From Nitrospinaceae bacterium (GTDB taxonomy: Bacteria; Nitrospinota; Nitrospinia; Nitrospinales; Nitrospinaceae), in contig OZ250172.1 in assembly GCA_965237905.1 (NCBI GenBank), forward strand, positions 1,376,001 to 1,440,000: DNA of 64,000 nucleotides, read 5' to 3'. Positions 17,572-28,218 of this stretch are shown in pieces. The position numbers and the translations under genes were made by a program. The notes below the pieces were generated by a model, which searched no databases, had not been told where the DNA came from, and worked only from the letters and a program-made list of their open reading frames with translations. Every line of letters starts with the position of its first letter. The first letter of the stretch is position 1.

Positions 17572-18867
17572 ATGAAAACGCACCAAATTCCACAAAATAC
17601 AAATAATGCCTCCACGCTGAAAGCCCTTCTGGTGGGTGTAGAAATCGCCGGCTCCGGTTCTCTCGGACATTCTCTGGATGAGTTGGACGGATTGGCCCGT
17701 ACCGCTCATTACCAACCGGTCGCCACCTTTACCCAGCGACTGACTACCATTAATTCGAAAACATTCATCGGCAAGGGCAAGGTCGAAGAGTTGGTCACAG
17801 CGGTGAAGCATCACGAAGCCGACGCGGTGATTTTCGACGAAGCCCTCACTCCGGCGCAAACGCGCAATCTGGAAAGTATTCTGAAATGCGGCATCGTGGA
17901 CCGTCCGTGGATCATCCTCGAAATTTTCAAAGCTCATGCCCGTACCCGCGAAGCTAAAACGCAGGTGGCGCTCGCGCGATTGCAATATGCCCTGCCCCGC
18001 CTCACCAAAATGTGGACCCATCTGTCACGGCAGAGAGGCGGCATTGGTATGCGTGATGTGGGTGAAACGCAGATTCAATTGGACCGGCGCATTATCCGCG
18101 ACAATATCGCCAAGCTCAATAAGAAACTCAAACTCATTCACCTTGAACGCCAAACTCAAAGAAAGGCGCGCCTGAACGCTTACCAGGTGTCGCTGGTGGG
18201 CTACACCAATGTCGGCAAGTCCACCCTGATGAACTGCCTCACCGGAACCGATACTCTGGTGGCAGACAAGCTGTTCGCCACGCTCGACTCCACCGTGCGT
18301 AAGGTGAAAAAGAATTTTCCGTACCCCATCCTGCTGGCGGACACCGTCGGGCTGATCGATAAATTGCCGCACGATCTGGTGGCGTCGTTCAAAAGTACGC
18401 TCGATGAAATTCGCAACGCCAACCTGCTCCTGCATGTGGTGGACATCAGCCATCCTAACTTCAAAGAGCAGTTGCGTGTCGCAGAAGAACTCATTCGGGA
18501 AATGGGTGCGGAGGACCTCCCTGTGGTGCTGGTCTTCAACAAGATCGACCGGATGGCAGAAGACGATACGTTGGGACACATGAAACGGCAGTACCCGGAA
18601 GCGGTATTCGTTTCATGCCAACAAGGAATGGGAATGGATGATTTGAGGAAAGCCATCGTCATGGAATACGAAGCGAATCTGTTGCCCTACCGGGTGGAAC
18701 TCAAATATCCGCAAAACAACCTGATCCAGAACATCAGGAAACATGCTTTGATTATCAAAGAAGACTACCAGAAAACTTCGGTTACTCTCGACTTGAGAGT
18801 ATGGCCGCAGAACAAATCCAAGCTGATGGAAGTTCTCAACGGACATCCCCAAACGGTCGCCCGGTAA
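17572..18867 (+). CDS. hflX: Ribosome-splitting GTPase HflX
   Basis: GETQIQLDRR, GYTNVGKST, LFATLD, DTVG, NKID. Confidence 0.95.
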   Translation: MKTHQIPQNTNNASTLKALLVGVEIAGSGSLGHSLDELDGLARTAHYQPVATFTQRLTTINSKTFIGKGKVEELVTAVKHHEADAVIFDEALTPAQTRNLESILKCGIVDRPWIILEIFKAHARTREAKTQVALARLQYALPRLTKMWTHLSRQRGGIGMRDVGETQIQLDRRIIRDNIAKLNKKLKLIHLERQTQRKARLNAYQVSLVGYTNVGKSTLMNCLTGTDTLVADKLFATLDSTVRKVKKNFPYPILLADTVGLIDKLPHDLVASFKSTLDEIRNANLLLHVVDISHPNFKEQLRVAEELIREMGAEDLPVVLVFNKIDRMAEDDTLGHMKRQYPEAVFVSCQQGMGMDDLRKAIVMEYEANLLPYRVELKYPQNNLIQNIRKHALIIKEDYQKTSVTLDLRVWPQNKSKLMEVLNGHPQTVAR

Positions 18868-18878
18868 AATTTTCCGCG

Positions 18879-19190
18879 TTATTTCCTGGTCATTTCCGTA
18901 ACAACGTACAATCCCTTGTCGGTGACCACGTATTGTCCTGCCACGGCATCTCCTTTTTTGAGATCGCCGATCCCGGAAAGGCCTTTTAACTTCGATTGAT
19001 CGTTCACCACCACGGTAAACCTTTTCTTGGTGGCTGGATCTTTTATCGACACTTTGTTTTTGGCCGCGATCACCTTTTTAACATTGCCGGAGAAGGAAAC
19101 CGCATCCCCCGCCCAAACTGAAGAGCTCGCGAACACCAAAGCAACCACCAAAACCAAATACCTCAGGAACCGCTGATTGATCGAATGCAT
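18879..19190 (-). CDS. Small secreted beta-rich hypothetical protein
   Basis: GAGGAG RBS; signal peptide ending VWA; DLKKGDAV OB-fold-like motif. Confidence 0.65.
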   Translation of the reverse strand: MHSINQRFLRYLVLVVALVFASSSVWAGDAVSFSGNVKKVIAAKNKVSIKDPATKKRFTVVVNDQSKLKGLSGIGDLKKGDAVAGQYVVTDKGLYVVTEMTRK

Positions 19191-19265
19191 AGTATCTCCT
19201 CTCGGCACGGGTCTGCGCCGATTACAAGTTAGGATAAAAAAATGAATGGGTATTGTCTGAGAGAA

Positions 19266-21446
19266 TTATACCACGATGAGATTGGCATGGTTGACGGCAA
19301 GTTTCTTCTTACCCGCTTTCTTAAAAAAAACAACGACCTTCCAGTCACCTTCGTTCCCCTCGCGATTGACCACCACGCCGGAGCCAAACTTGGGATGCAG
19401 GACTTTGGTGCCGACGCAATACTCGCCGTTTCCAGAGGACACCCGCGGCGTCGATTCCGGCAGAGACATTTCCGGTTGTCTTCCATACGAGGAAGGTGAC
19501 CGGGTTTCGAACCCGCCCACCGCCATTTCCTTTTGCAGAACTTCTCCAGGGATGGCCGTGAGAAAATCCGACGGCTGGTAATTGTAAGTATTGCCATAAA
19601 TCCGCCGACGCCGCGCGTTGGTGATCATCAACCGGCTCTTGGCGCGGGTGATACCGACGTAACACAGGCGCCGTTCCTCTTCGAACTCCTCGGTGCTGGA
19701 CATGGAACTGGCGTGCGGCAGTAAACCATTTTCAACGCCGATCATGCACACACCCTCGAACTCAAGACCTTTGCAGGTGTGCAGGGTCATCAACGGCAAA
19801 ACGCCCCGGCTGTCATCGAGATTGTCAAGATCCGAAACCAGAGCGGTGGTATCCAGGAACTCCCTCATGGAATTTTCCGGATGCGATTCGCTGAACTGTT
19901 CGACAGCAGAATACAGCTCGTTGAGATTTTCCAAACGGCTCCGGCTTTCAACCGAATTTTCATTTTCCAGCTTGGCCATGTATCCGGTACGCGCCAGGAT
20001 TTCATTCAAAAATTCCTCTGCCGCCCGCTCTTCATAAATCGAGTGCAGGTGATCTATCAGCGCAACAAACTGGGAAATCTTTTTGGCTGGCCCGGTGGAC
20101 ACTATTTTTTGCGGCTCCGTCTGCCGTAGCCCTTCCAGCAGGGGCAAGCCGTGTTGATCGCAATAGGCTTCCACTTTCTCCAGAGACGATTTGCCGATGC
20201 CCCGCACCGGCACGTTGACGATGCGCTTCAATGATACCGAGTCGGCGGGGTTCAACACCACCCGCATGTACGCGAGGACGTCTTTGACCTCCCTGCGCTC
20301 GTAAAACTTGAGGCCGCCCACCACCTGGTAGGGCAGTTCCATCTGGCGCAATTGATCCTCCACCACGCGCGACTGCGCGTTAGTGCGGTACAACACCGCC
20401 ATGTCGTTGAAGGAATGGCCATCCTCATTCGCCCATTCCTGAAGACGCTCACACACCGCACGGGCCTCATCAATTTCATCCTCTGCACGGTAATAAATGA
20501 TTTGATGTCCGGCATCATTTTCCGTCCACAGGGTTTTATCCTTGCGGGCCACGTTCTCCCGGACCACCGCCGCCGCTGCCGTGAGGATGTTCTGGGTCGA
20601 ACGGTAATTCTGCTCCAGCTTGATCACACGCGTGTTGGCATAATCCTTCTCGAAGTGCAGAATGTTTTCAATATTGGCTCCCCGCCAGCGGTAAATACTC
20701 TGATCGTCATCGCCCACCACGCACACATTTTGATGGCTCTCCGTCAAGATCCGCACCAGATTGTACTGAGTCACATTCGTATCCTGAAATTCATCGACCA
20801 GCACATATTGGAACCGGCGGTTGTAATAATCTTTGATGGAGGAATGCTTGCGAAGCAGGTGAACGGTCAGCATCAATAGATCGTCGAAGTCGAGACCGTT
20901 ATTGTCGCGCAACGCCTGCTGGTACACTGGATACACTTCCGCCGCTTTCAGCTGATGGCCGTATGAATAATTGTCCAGCCGGATATCGCTGGGGAATAGA
21001 TAATCATTTTTGAAGCCGCTGATGTGACCGAGAATGGCGCGCGGCGGAAACGCTTCTTCATTCACGTTCACCTTTTTCATACACTTTTTGACCAGTGACA
21101 ATTGATCCTGGGCGTCGTAAATCACAAAATCGTTGCTGTACCCGAGCTCGTGAATATGCTTGCGCAACAGCTTCAGGCAAAACGAGTGAAAGGTGCTGAC
21201 CCAGGGATAGGTCTCGCACGATCCCAGTTTCTGATACACACGGTCCAGCATTTCCTTCGCCGCTTTATTGGTGAAGGTGATGGCGAGGATCGACTCCGGC
21301 GGCACCTGCTTTTCCCGAATCAGATAAACGATGCGATAGGTAATGGCCCGCGTCTTGCCGGAGCCGGCACCGGCGACCACCAGTACCGGACCCTCGGTCT
21401 GGTGGACCGCTTCTAATTGCTGTGGATTGAGTTCGTCGGAAAACAT
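19266..21446 (-). CDS. pcrA: ATP-dependent DNA helicase PcrA/UvrD
   Basis: AGAGSGKT, VDEFQDTN, VGDDDQSIY, KGLEF, EERRLCYVGITRA, C-terminal HPKFGSG Tudor domain. Confidence 0.95.
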   Translation of the reverse strand: MFSDELNPQQLEAVHQTEGPVLVVAGAGSGKTRAITYRIVYLIREKQVPPESILAITFTNKAAKEMLDRVYQKLGSCETYPWVSTFHSFCLKLLRKHIHELGYSNDFVIYDAQDQLSLVKKCMKKVNVNEEAFPPRAILGHISGFKNDYLFPSDIRLDNYSYGHQLKAAEVYPVYQQALRDNNGLDFDDLLMLTVHLLRKHSSIKDYYNRRFQYVLVDEFQDTNVTQYNLVRILTESHQNVCVVGDDDQSIYRWRGANIENILHFEKDYANTRVIKLEQNYRSTQNILTAAAAVVRENVARKDKTLWTENDAGHQIIYYRAEDEIDEARAVCERLQEWANEDGHSFNDMAVLYRTNAQSRVVEDQLRQMELPYQVVGGLKFYERREVKDVLAYMRVVLNPADSVSLKRIVNVPVRGIGKSSLEKVEAYCDQHGLPLLEGLRQTEPQKIVSTGPAKKISQFVALIDHLHSIYEERAAEEFLNEILARTGYMAKLENENSVESRSRLENLNELYSAVEQFSESHPENSMREFLDTTALVSDLDNLDDSRGVLPLMTLHTCKGLEFEGVCMIGVENGLLPHASSMSSTEEFEEERRLCYVGITRAKSRLMITNARRRRIYGNTYNYQPSDFLTAIPGEVLQKEMAVGGFETRSPSSYGRQPEMSLPESTPRVSSGNGEYCVGTKVLHPKFGSGVVVNREGNEGDWKVVVFFKKAGKKKLAVNHANLIVV

Positions 21447-21520
21447 ATCAAATTAAAGGTTGGTTGCTGTCCATGCCAGCTTATCATTTTCGGAAGGTTG
21501 ACTGCCAGCTTCGGTTTGAT

Positions 21521-22471
21521 TTAAATCAGATGTTCCCAGATCACGGCCGCCAGAGCTTCGATAAACAGGGGGGAGGTGTTGAGTGATTCGGTTCGATACA
21601 GCTCGATGCCCCGTTCGGCGGCGTATTCCTTGAAAGCAATATCGATATCGTACAGGATTTCAATGTGGTCGCACACGAAACCAACGGAAACAACGAGCGC
21701 CGTTTTGCCTCCAGCCTCCCCTATTTTATCGAGGGTCTCCTCCACGCTCGGCTCCAGCCACGGCACAGGAATCATGCCCTGGCTCTGGTACGCCTGATGG
21801 CAGTTGGGAATATCGACCTGTTGCAAAATTCCCTGCATGGTTTTACCGTATTCTTCAACATAGGGGTCGCCGAACATCTCCACCGAATCGGCGGGAATAC
21901 TGTGCACGGTAAAGATCGTATGAACATCTTTCTTCCCCTTGGCCTTTAAATCTACGGCGGCGGCCTGATAGCGTTCCACGAACGCGTCGATCAACAGCGG
22001 TTGATTCGGCCAGCTGGTGATAAATCTCACTTCAAGCTTTTTGGATTGCCAAACCTCCATCGCATCGAAAAAAGCTTTCTGATAACGCTCGGTACTCCAC
22101 CGACTGTACTGTGGAGCCAGGCACAGCGCCACGATCCGTTCCGCCCCATCGTTCACCGCCTGATTCACCGCATCCTTAATGTAGGGACTCCAGGTACGCA
22201 TCCCGACATACACTTTGAACGCATCCTCTCCCTGATTAAGATAGGTCTCCAGCGCTTCCGCCTGAGCGGTGGTGATGTCCAGCAGAGGAGACCGTCCGCC
22301 GATTTGTTTGTAACGGCGAGCCACTTCCTGAATCACTTCGGTCGACGAATCGGTGCCGCCGCGAATGTTTTTCAGGTATTTGGGAATATCCTGGACGCGC
22401 AAAGGAGCGCCATGCGCGAGAAGAATGACCGCGGTTTTCAACTTCTCGGATGGTGGAGCAGCGCTTGTCAT
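21521..22471 (-). CDS. hemH: Ferrochelatase
   Basis: GGRSPL, APQYS, HSIP, WLEP, CDHIEILYDID; ATG overlaps the hemE stop (ATGA). Confidence 0.92.
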   Translation of the reverse strand: MTSAAPPSEKLKTAVILLAHGAPLRVQDIPKYLKNIRGGTDSSTEVIQEVARRYKQIGGRSPLLDITTAQAEALETYLNQGEDAFKVYVGMRTWSPYIKDAVNQAVNDGAERIVALCLAPQYSRWSTERYQKAFFDAMEVWQSKKLEVRFITSWPNQPLLIDAFVERYQAAAVDLKAKGKKDVHTIFTVHSIPADSVEMFGDPYVEEYGKTMQGILQQVDIPNCHQAYQSQGMIPVPWLEPSVEETLDKIGEAGGKTALVVSVGFVCDHIEILYDIDIAFKEYAAERGIELYRTESLNTSPLFIEALAAVIWEHLI

Positions 22472-23508
22472 TTGGATTGATACTCGTGAACCATATCCAC
22501 CACCGCCTTGACGTGGTCGACCGGCGTGTGTTGCAGGATACCGTGCCCGAGATTGAAGACGTGTCCCGGACGTCCCCCGGCCCGGCGCAGGATGTCGTGC
22601 ACTTTTTCCTGGATCACCGGAATGGGCGCGAACAGGATGTTCGGATCGAGGTTGCCCTGGACCGGCATGTCGTAACCGATCTGCTGCCACGCGTCATCAA
22701 GATGAATGCGCCAATCGAATCCCATCGCATCCCCGCCCGCTTCCCTTATCTGCGGAAGCATACTGGAGGTGCCGGTACTGAAATTGATCACCGGTACGCC
22801 GATGCCCTTCAAACCATCGAACACCCGGCGGGTGTGCGGCAGAATATATTTTTGATAATCGCCGGGACTCAGGCACCCGACCCAGCTATCGAAAATCTGC
22901 AGCGCCTGCGCCCCTGCCCGGACCTGCATCTTGAGGTAATCGACCAGCACGTCGGACACTTTAGTCATCAACTGTGGCCAGATATCCGATTCTTCGTACA
23001 TCATCAACTTGGTGGTGGTGAAATCTTTCGACTTGCCGCCCTCCACCATATAACTGGCGAGAGTGAACGGTGCGGCGGAAAATCCGACGAGCGGCATCTT
23101 GTTCGATATCTCACCTCGCACCATTTTGATGGCCTCGCCGACATAGCCCAACTGCTCCTCGGAGTTCACCGGCTTCAGCGCTTCGACATCTTTACGGGTG
23201 CGCACGGGACGGGGAATGGACGGACCGTCGCCCGCCGTAAATTCGAGGCCGGTGCCCATCGGCTCCAGCGGCAGAAGAATGTCCGCAAAAATGATGGCGG
23301 CATCGACTCCCAACACGTCGAGCGGTTGCAGGGTGACCTCGCAGGCCAGTTCCGGGGTTTTGCAGAGTTCGAGAAAGGTATGCTTTTCCTTGAGGTCCCG
23401 GTAAACCTTCATATACCGTCCCGCCTGACGCATGAACCAGACTGGGGTGCAATCCACCGGCTCGCCCCAGAGCGCCTTCAGAAACCGGAAATCTCCGTTT
23501 TTATCCAT
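22468..23508 (-). CDS. hemE: Uroporphyrinogen decarboxylase
   Basis: PVWFMRQAGRY, AAIIFADIL, QGNLDP, FNLGHGI. Confidence 0.96.
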   Translation of the reverse strand: MDKNGDFRFLKALWGEPVDCTPVWFMRQAGRYMKVYRDLKEKHTFLELCKTPELACEVTLQPLDVLGVDAAIIFADILLPLEPMGTGLEFTAGDGPSIPRPVRTRKDVEALKPVNSEEQLGYVGEAIKMVRGEISNKMPLVGFSAAPFTLASYMVEGGKSKDFTTTKLMMYEESDIWPQLMTKVSDVLVDYLKMQVRAGAQALQIFDSWVGCLSPGDYQKYILPHTRRVFDGLKGIGVPVINFSTGTSSMLPQIREAGGDAMGFDWRIHLDDAWQQIGYDMPVQGNLDPNILFAPIPVIQEKVHDILRRAGGRPGHVFNLGHGILQHTPVDHVKAVVDMVHEYQSK

Positions 23509-23569
23509 TCCACCGCCTTGTTGATTTGAATTCAAAGATTTTGATTATAGGCCGGGCAACCTGCCAATA

Positions 23570-24700
23570 TCAAACCGTTTTTATGCGTTCTATTTCAGCC
23601 ATGACCGAGGCATCGGTCTCCCCGGCAAGGCGGGATTCCAGCACCGCCAGCGCCTCCTGCCCCATCAGCTCGCCCAGGGCCCAAACCGCATGGGAGCGAA
23701 TGAGGGGTTCCGGGTCGGAAAGCGCCTGAGTGAGCGCCGGAACCGCCTCTAACCGGCCAGAATTGCCCAGAGCCACCGCCACATTCCTCAGCAGGCCCCG
23801 GCGTTTGATGCGCTTGACAGGGCTTTTCCGGAACCGTGAGCGGAAGCCCTCGTCGTCCAATTGCATCAATTCGATCAACCCCTTAACCCCCTCACGCTCC
23901 TGAAAGGCGGGTTCCTCCGTGGCTACCGCGTAGGAGTTCCACGGGCAGACGATCTGGCAGTCGTCGCACCCGTAGATGCGGTTGCCCAGCGCTTTGCGGT
24001 ATTCATGCGGAATAGCCCCCTTCAGCTCGATGGTCAAATAGGAGATACATTTGCGGGAATCGAGGACATAGGGGGCCACAATGGCCCCGGTCGGGCAGAT
24101 ATCGATACAGGCCGTGCAGGTGCCACAGTGGTCCTCCGCCGCCTCAGAAGGGGGCAGGGCCACGTCCACCAGAATTTCGGAGAGAAAATAGTATGATCCA
24201 ATCCCCTCGGTGAGCAGGTTGGTGTGCTTGCCGATCCACCCTAATCCGGCCTTCTCCGCCAGCGGTTTTTCGAGGATGGGGCCGGTATCGACATAACCTT
24301 TGGTCCGGCAACCGGGAAACACCTCGGCCAGACAAGCCTCTAATTCCCGCAGGCGAGGCTGGATGAGATCGTGATAATCCAGATTCCAGGCATAGTTGGA
24401 AATATCGCCGGTTTCCGGTGCCTCCAGGAATTCCAGAGTCCGGGGGGTGGTGAAATAAGAAGTGCTGAGGCAGATGACGCTTTTCACGCCGGGCAGGACC
24501 CCATCGAGATCCAGCCGTTTGGCCTCGCCGCGTTTCATATACTGCATCTCCCCGTCGAAATTTTGAGCAAGCCACTGCTGGAATCGCTCCCCCGACTTCC
24601 CCACATCGGGCAGGGTAACACCGAACCCCTCGAACCCTAACTCCAGGGCTCTGTGGCGGATTTTCTCCAGTTTTTCCCGGATGTCCTTGCTTTCAGTCAT
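23570..24700 (-). CDS. queG: tRNA epoxyqueuosine(34) reductase with C-terminal HEAT repeats
   Basis: DYH, VDTGPILEK, CGTCTACIDICPT, CISYLTIE, YGCDDCQIVCPWN. Confidence 0.93.
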   Translation of the reverse strand: MTESKDIREKLEKIRHRALELGFEGFGVTLPDVGKSGERFQQWLAQNFDGEMQYMKRGEAKRLDLDGVLPGVKSVICLSTSYFTTPRTLEFLEAPETGDISNYAWNLDYHDLIQPRLRELEACLAEVFPGCRTKGYVDTGPILEKPLAEKAGLGWIGKHTNLLTEGIGSYYFLSEILVDVALPPSEAAEDHCGTCTACIDICPTGAIVAPYVLDSRKCISYLTIELKGAIPHEYRKALGNRIYGCDDCQIVCPWNSYAVATEEPAFQEREGVKGLIELMQLDDEGFRSRFRKSPVKRIKRRGLLRNVAVALGNSGRLEAVPALTQALSDPEPLIRSHAVWALGELMGQEALAVLESRLAGETDASVMAEIERIKTV

Positions 24701-24773
24701 TTGAAATATTATTGATATGAATAGGGGAACTCTGATAGGGTGCCCATTCAGCACCTTAACAGGCCCAACTCTA

Positions 24774-25709
24774 ATGAATAAAACAGGTTACATCTATCAC
24801 CCCTTATACCTGGAGCATGATACCGGCCAGCATCCGGAAAATTTTGGACGTCTGGTAGCCATTGAGAATCACCTGAAAGATTCCGATATCAACTCCCAAT
24901 TGCAACGGCACGAGCCGCGTCCCGCAACCTTGGACGAGATCGGTCTGAACCACGTTGCGGGCTATGCGGAATCCGTGCAACGTAAATGTGAAGAAGGTGC
25001 CAGTAGCCTGGACGCGGACACCTCGGTCTCTACCCGGTCCTATGACGCCGCCCTGCTCAGTACCGGAGCGGGATTGAAGGCAGTCGATATGGTATTGGAC
25101 GGCACCTGCGACAACGTATTTTGCGCCGTGCGTCCGCCGGGCCATCATGCCGAGCATGACCGGTCGATGGGATTCTGCCTGTTCAACAATGTCGCCATCG
25201 CCGCCGATTACGCCATCGAGAAAAAGGGCCTCGACCGCGTGTTCATTTTCGACTGGGACGTGCATCACGGCAACGGCACCCAGCACTCGTTTTATTCGAA
25301 AAGTAACGTTTATTACAGCAGTGCCCATCAGTATCCGTTTTATCCGGGAACCGGCGCCGCGGAAGAAACCGGCACCGGCGACGGTCTGGGCACCACGCTC
25401 AATTTTCCTTTGCGCGCTTTTTCCCGCGACGAGGATTACCTGGCGCTGGTCAAAGACAAGCTCATCCCGGAAATGATCCGGTTCAAACCGGATCTCATTA
25501 TTTTATCCGCCGGGTTCGACGCACATGCCAACGATCCGCTGGGGCAGATGGAGGTCTCCACCGAATGTTATGGCGCCATGACCGAATTGATCGTTACCGC
25601 CGCTGATGAAATCTGCAATGGACGCCTGATCTCCATGCTGGAAGGCGGTTACGATCCGAATGCACTGGCCGGCTCGGTGCATGCGCATTTGAAAAGCTTG
25701 ATATCATAA
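24774..25709 (+). CDS. Histone-deacetylase-family Zn deacylase
   Basis: HPE, RPPGHHA, GFCLFNN, DWDVHHGNGTQ, SAGFDA, LEGGY. Confidence 0.93.
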   Translation: MNKTGYIYHPLYLEHDTGQHPENFGRLVAIENHLKDSDINSQLQRHEPRPATLDEIGLNHVAGYAESVQRKCEEGASSLDADTSVSTRSYDAALLSTGAGLKAVDMVLDGTCDNVFCAVRPPGHHAEHDRSMGFCLFNNVAIAADYAIEKKGLDRVFIFDWDVHHGNGTQHSFYSKSNVYYSSAHQYPFYPGTGAAEETGTGDGLGTTLNFPLRAFSRDEDYLALVKDKLIPEMIRFKPDLIILSAGFDAHANDPLGQMEVSTECYGAMTELIVTAADEICNGRLISMLEGGYDPNALAGSVHAHLKSLIS

Positions 25710-25730
25710 ATTTAAGGAAACGGTTTTACC

Positions 25731-28184
25731 ATGTTGCAACAACACTTGAGACAACTCACCGATAAAGTCATCGAAGCCCTCAACGTCGGGACGATGGAAA
25801 TGGTCAACCTGCGCCAAACGCTCCTGACCCCGGACTTTATCCTGATCGGCCTGCTGGAGCAACAGGATTCGCGGATCGTCAAACTACTGGAAACCTACTA
25901 TCCCGAAGACAAAAAAATGGTCCGGAAAATTCTGGACCGCCTGTTCGAGCTTCAGGAAGAGGAAACCAAGCATGAGGGACAGCAAATTGAGCACATCCAT
26001 CTTGCCAAGGAAACTGACACCCTGTTCGAGATCGCCATGGATGAGGCCAAAAAACTGGGGGACCGCTACGTCAGTGTCGGCGCCATGTTCCTGGCCCTGT
26101 TCGATTCGCGTGTGGGCCGGACGGCGGACGTCCTTCAAGAATTCGGGCTGAAATACATTAAAGTTAAGGAAGATCTGGAGATCATGCGCGGCGGCATCAA
26201 CATCGATGAAAAAGACGGCGAAGGCAAGATGGATGTACTGAGCCAGTACACCACCGACCTCACCGACATGGCACGACGGGGCGAACTCGATCCGGTTATC
26301 GGACGGGAAAATGAAATTAACCGGATCATCCAAATTCTGTCCCGGCGCAAGAAAAACAATCCAGTATTGATCGGCGAACCGGGCGTGGGTAAAACGGTCA
26401 TCATCGAAGGGTTGGCACAAAGAATCGTCAAAGCCGAGGTCCCCAACTCACTGTTGGACAAGCGCGTCAAGGTTCTGGAAATGTCCGAGATCATCGCCGG
26501 AGCTAAAATGCGCGGGGAATTTGAAGAACGCATGAAGGCCGTGAAGGACGAGATCACCAACGCGCACGGCAGTATCATTTTGTTTATCGATGAACTGCAT
26601 ACCATCGTGAGTGCCGGTGCGGGAGCGGGTGGCGTCGACGCCTCCAACATGCTGAAAGCCGCGCTCGCTAAAGGGCAACTGCAATGCATCGGGGCGACGA
26701 CTCTGGACGACTACAAGAAAAGTATCGAGGAAGACAAGGCCCTGGCCCGTCGGTTCCAGCCGATACTGGTCGAAGAACCTTCGGTCGATGAAACGATATC
26801 CATACTGGAGGGCATCAAATCGAAATACGAACAACACCATTCCATTCAGTTCCAGGAGGGAGCGATTCGCGCGGCGGCCAAGTTGTCGGAAAAGCATATT
26901 TACGACCGTGCACTTCCGGACAAGGCAGTCGACCTGCTCGACGAAGCAGGCGCGAAAAAACATCTGGCGTTGATCTACGTTCCGCCGGAAATTCAACAAC
27001 TGGAAAAAGAACGTAATGAAATTATCAAGAAACAACAAGACGCCTTTGACGCACAGGATTTCGAACAGGTCGCCCTGCTCCGCCAGGATGTTTTGGAAGT
27101 CGATAAAAAGCTTTCCACTGAAAAGGAAAGCTGGAACAAGGAACTCAACAAAGTCGATCATTCGGTGACTGAAGAAGACATCGCCAACGTGGTGGCGACG
27201 TGGACCGGCATTCCGGTCAACAAAATCCGTGAAACAGAAACCGCCAAGCTGATGAACATGGAAGAGAACCTGCACAAGCGGGTGATCGGACAGGACAACG
27301 CCATTGTCGCCATCAGCAACTCCATCCGCCGCAACCGTGCCGGCCTTAAGGACAAGGACCGGCCCATCGGTTCGTTCCTGTTCCTCGGTCCCACGGGTGT
27401 GGGCAAAACCGAGCTGGCCAAGGCGCTGGCGGAATTTCTGCTGGACGACGAAAACCGGTTGATCCGGCTCGACATGTCCGAGTATATGGAAAAACACTCG
27501 GTGTCCAAGATCATTGGCTCGCCGCCCGGTTATGTCGGTTACGACGAAGGCGGGCAGTTGACTGAAAAAGTACGGCGTCACCCTTACTCGGTCATTTTGC
27601 TCGACGAGTTGGAGAAAGCACACCACGACGTGTTCAACATTCTTCTGCAATTGATCGACGACGGACGGCTGACCGACGCGCACGGGCGTGTCACCAGTTT
27701 CAAAAACGCTATCATCATCGGCACATCCAATATCGGGACGCAATCGATCACCGAAGGCAAAACCAAAGGAATCGGTTTCGCGGCTACGGAAGATCCGGCA
27801 CGTGATTACAACCAGGTGCGGTCGATGGTATTAAACGAGGTGCAAAAATTATTTAAGCCGGAATTCATCAACCGGCTCGACGACCTCATCGTGTTCCATA
27901 AACTGGAGCCGAACCAGGTACGGCAGATCGCGGACCTGATGCTGAACAATCTGGCCAAGCGCCTGAAAGAAAGCGACATGACCCTTGAGGTCACCAACAA
28001 GGTGAAGGACGAACTGGCCAAGGAAGGTTTCAGCGAAATGTACGGCGCGCGGCCTCTGCGGCGGTTGATCGAAGACAAAATCGAAAACTCCATTTCCATG
28101 CGAATCATCAACGGTGAATTCAAGCACGGCGATACGATTCACGTGGACTTTAAAAAGAACGATTACGTTTTTACCGTCAAGTAA
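25731..28184 (+). CDS. clpC: ATP-dependent Clp protease ATPase subunit, ClpC type
   Basis: Double Clp-N domain, two AAA+ modules (GEPGVGKT, GPTGVGKT), short UVR-type middle domain, GIGF ClpP-docking loop. Confidence 0.9.
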   Translation: MLQQHLRQLTDKVIEALNVGTMEMVNLRQTLLTPDFILIGLLEQQDSRIVKLLETYYPEDKKMVRKILDRLFELQEEETKHEGQQIEHIHLAKETDTLFEIAMDEAKKLGDRYVSVGAMFLALFDSRVGRTADVLQEFGLKYIKVKEDLEIMRGGINIDEKDGEGKMDVLSQYTTDLTDMARRGELDPVIGRENEINRIIQILSRRKKNNPVLIGEPGVGKTVIIEGLAQRIVKAEVPNSLLDKRVKVLEMSEIIAGAKMRGEFEERMKAVKDEITNAHGSIILFIDELHTIVSAGAGAGGVDASNMLKAALAKGQLQCIGATTLDDYKKSIEEDKALARRFQPILVEEPSVDETISILEGIKSKYEQHHSIQFQEGAIRAAAKLSEKHIYDRALPDKAVDLLDEAGAKKHLALIYVPPEIQQLEKERNEIIKKQQDAFDAQDFEQVALLRQDVLEVDKKLSTEKESWNKELNKVDHSVTEEDIANVVATWTGIPVNKIRETETAKLMNMEENLHKRVIGQDNAIVAISNSIRRNRAGLKDKDRPIGSFLFLGPTGVGKTELAKALAEFLLDDENRLIRLDMSEYMEKHSVSKIIGSPPGYVGYDEGGQLTEKVRRHPYSVILLDELEKAHHDVFNILLQLIDDGRLTDAHGRVTSFKNAIIIGTSNIGTQSITEGKTKGIGFAATEDPARDYNQVRSMVLNEVQKLFKPEFINRLDDLIVFHKLEPNQVRQIADLMLNNLAKRLKESDMTLEVTNKVKDELAKEGFSEMYGARPLRRLIEDKIENSISMRIINGEFKHGDTIHVDFKKNDYVFTVK

Positions 28185-28218
28185 TCATTTCCCGCGTCAA
28201 TAACGGGCAGGATACGTT

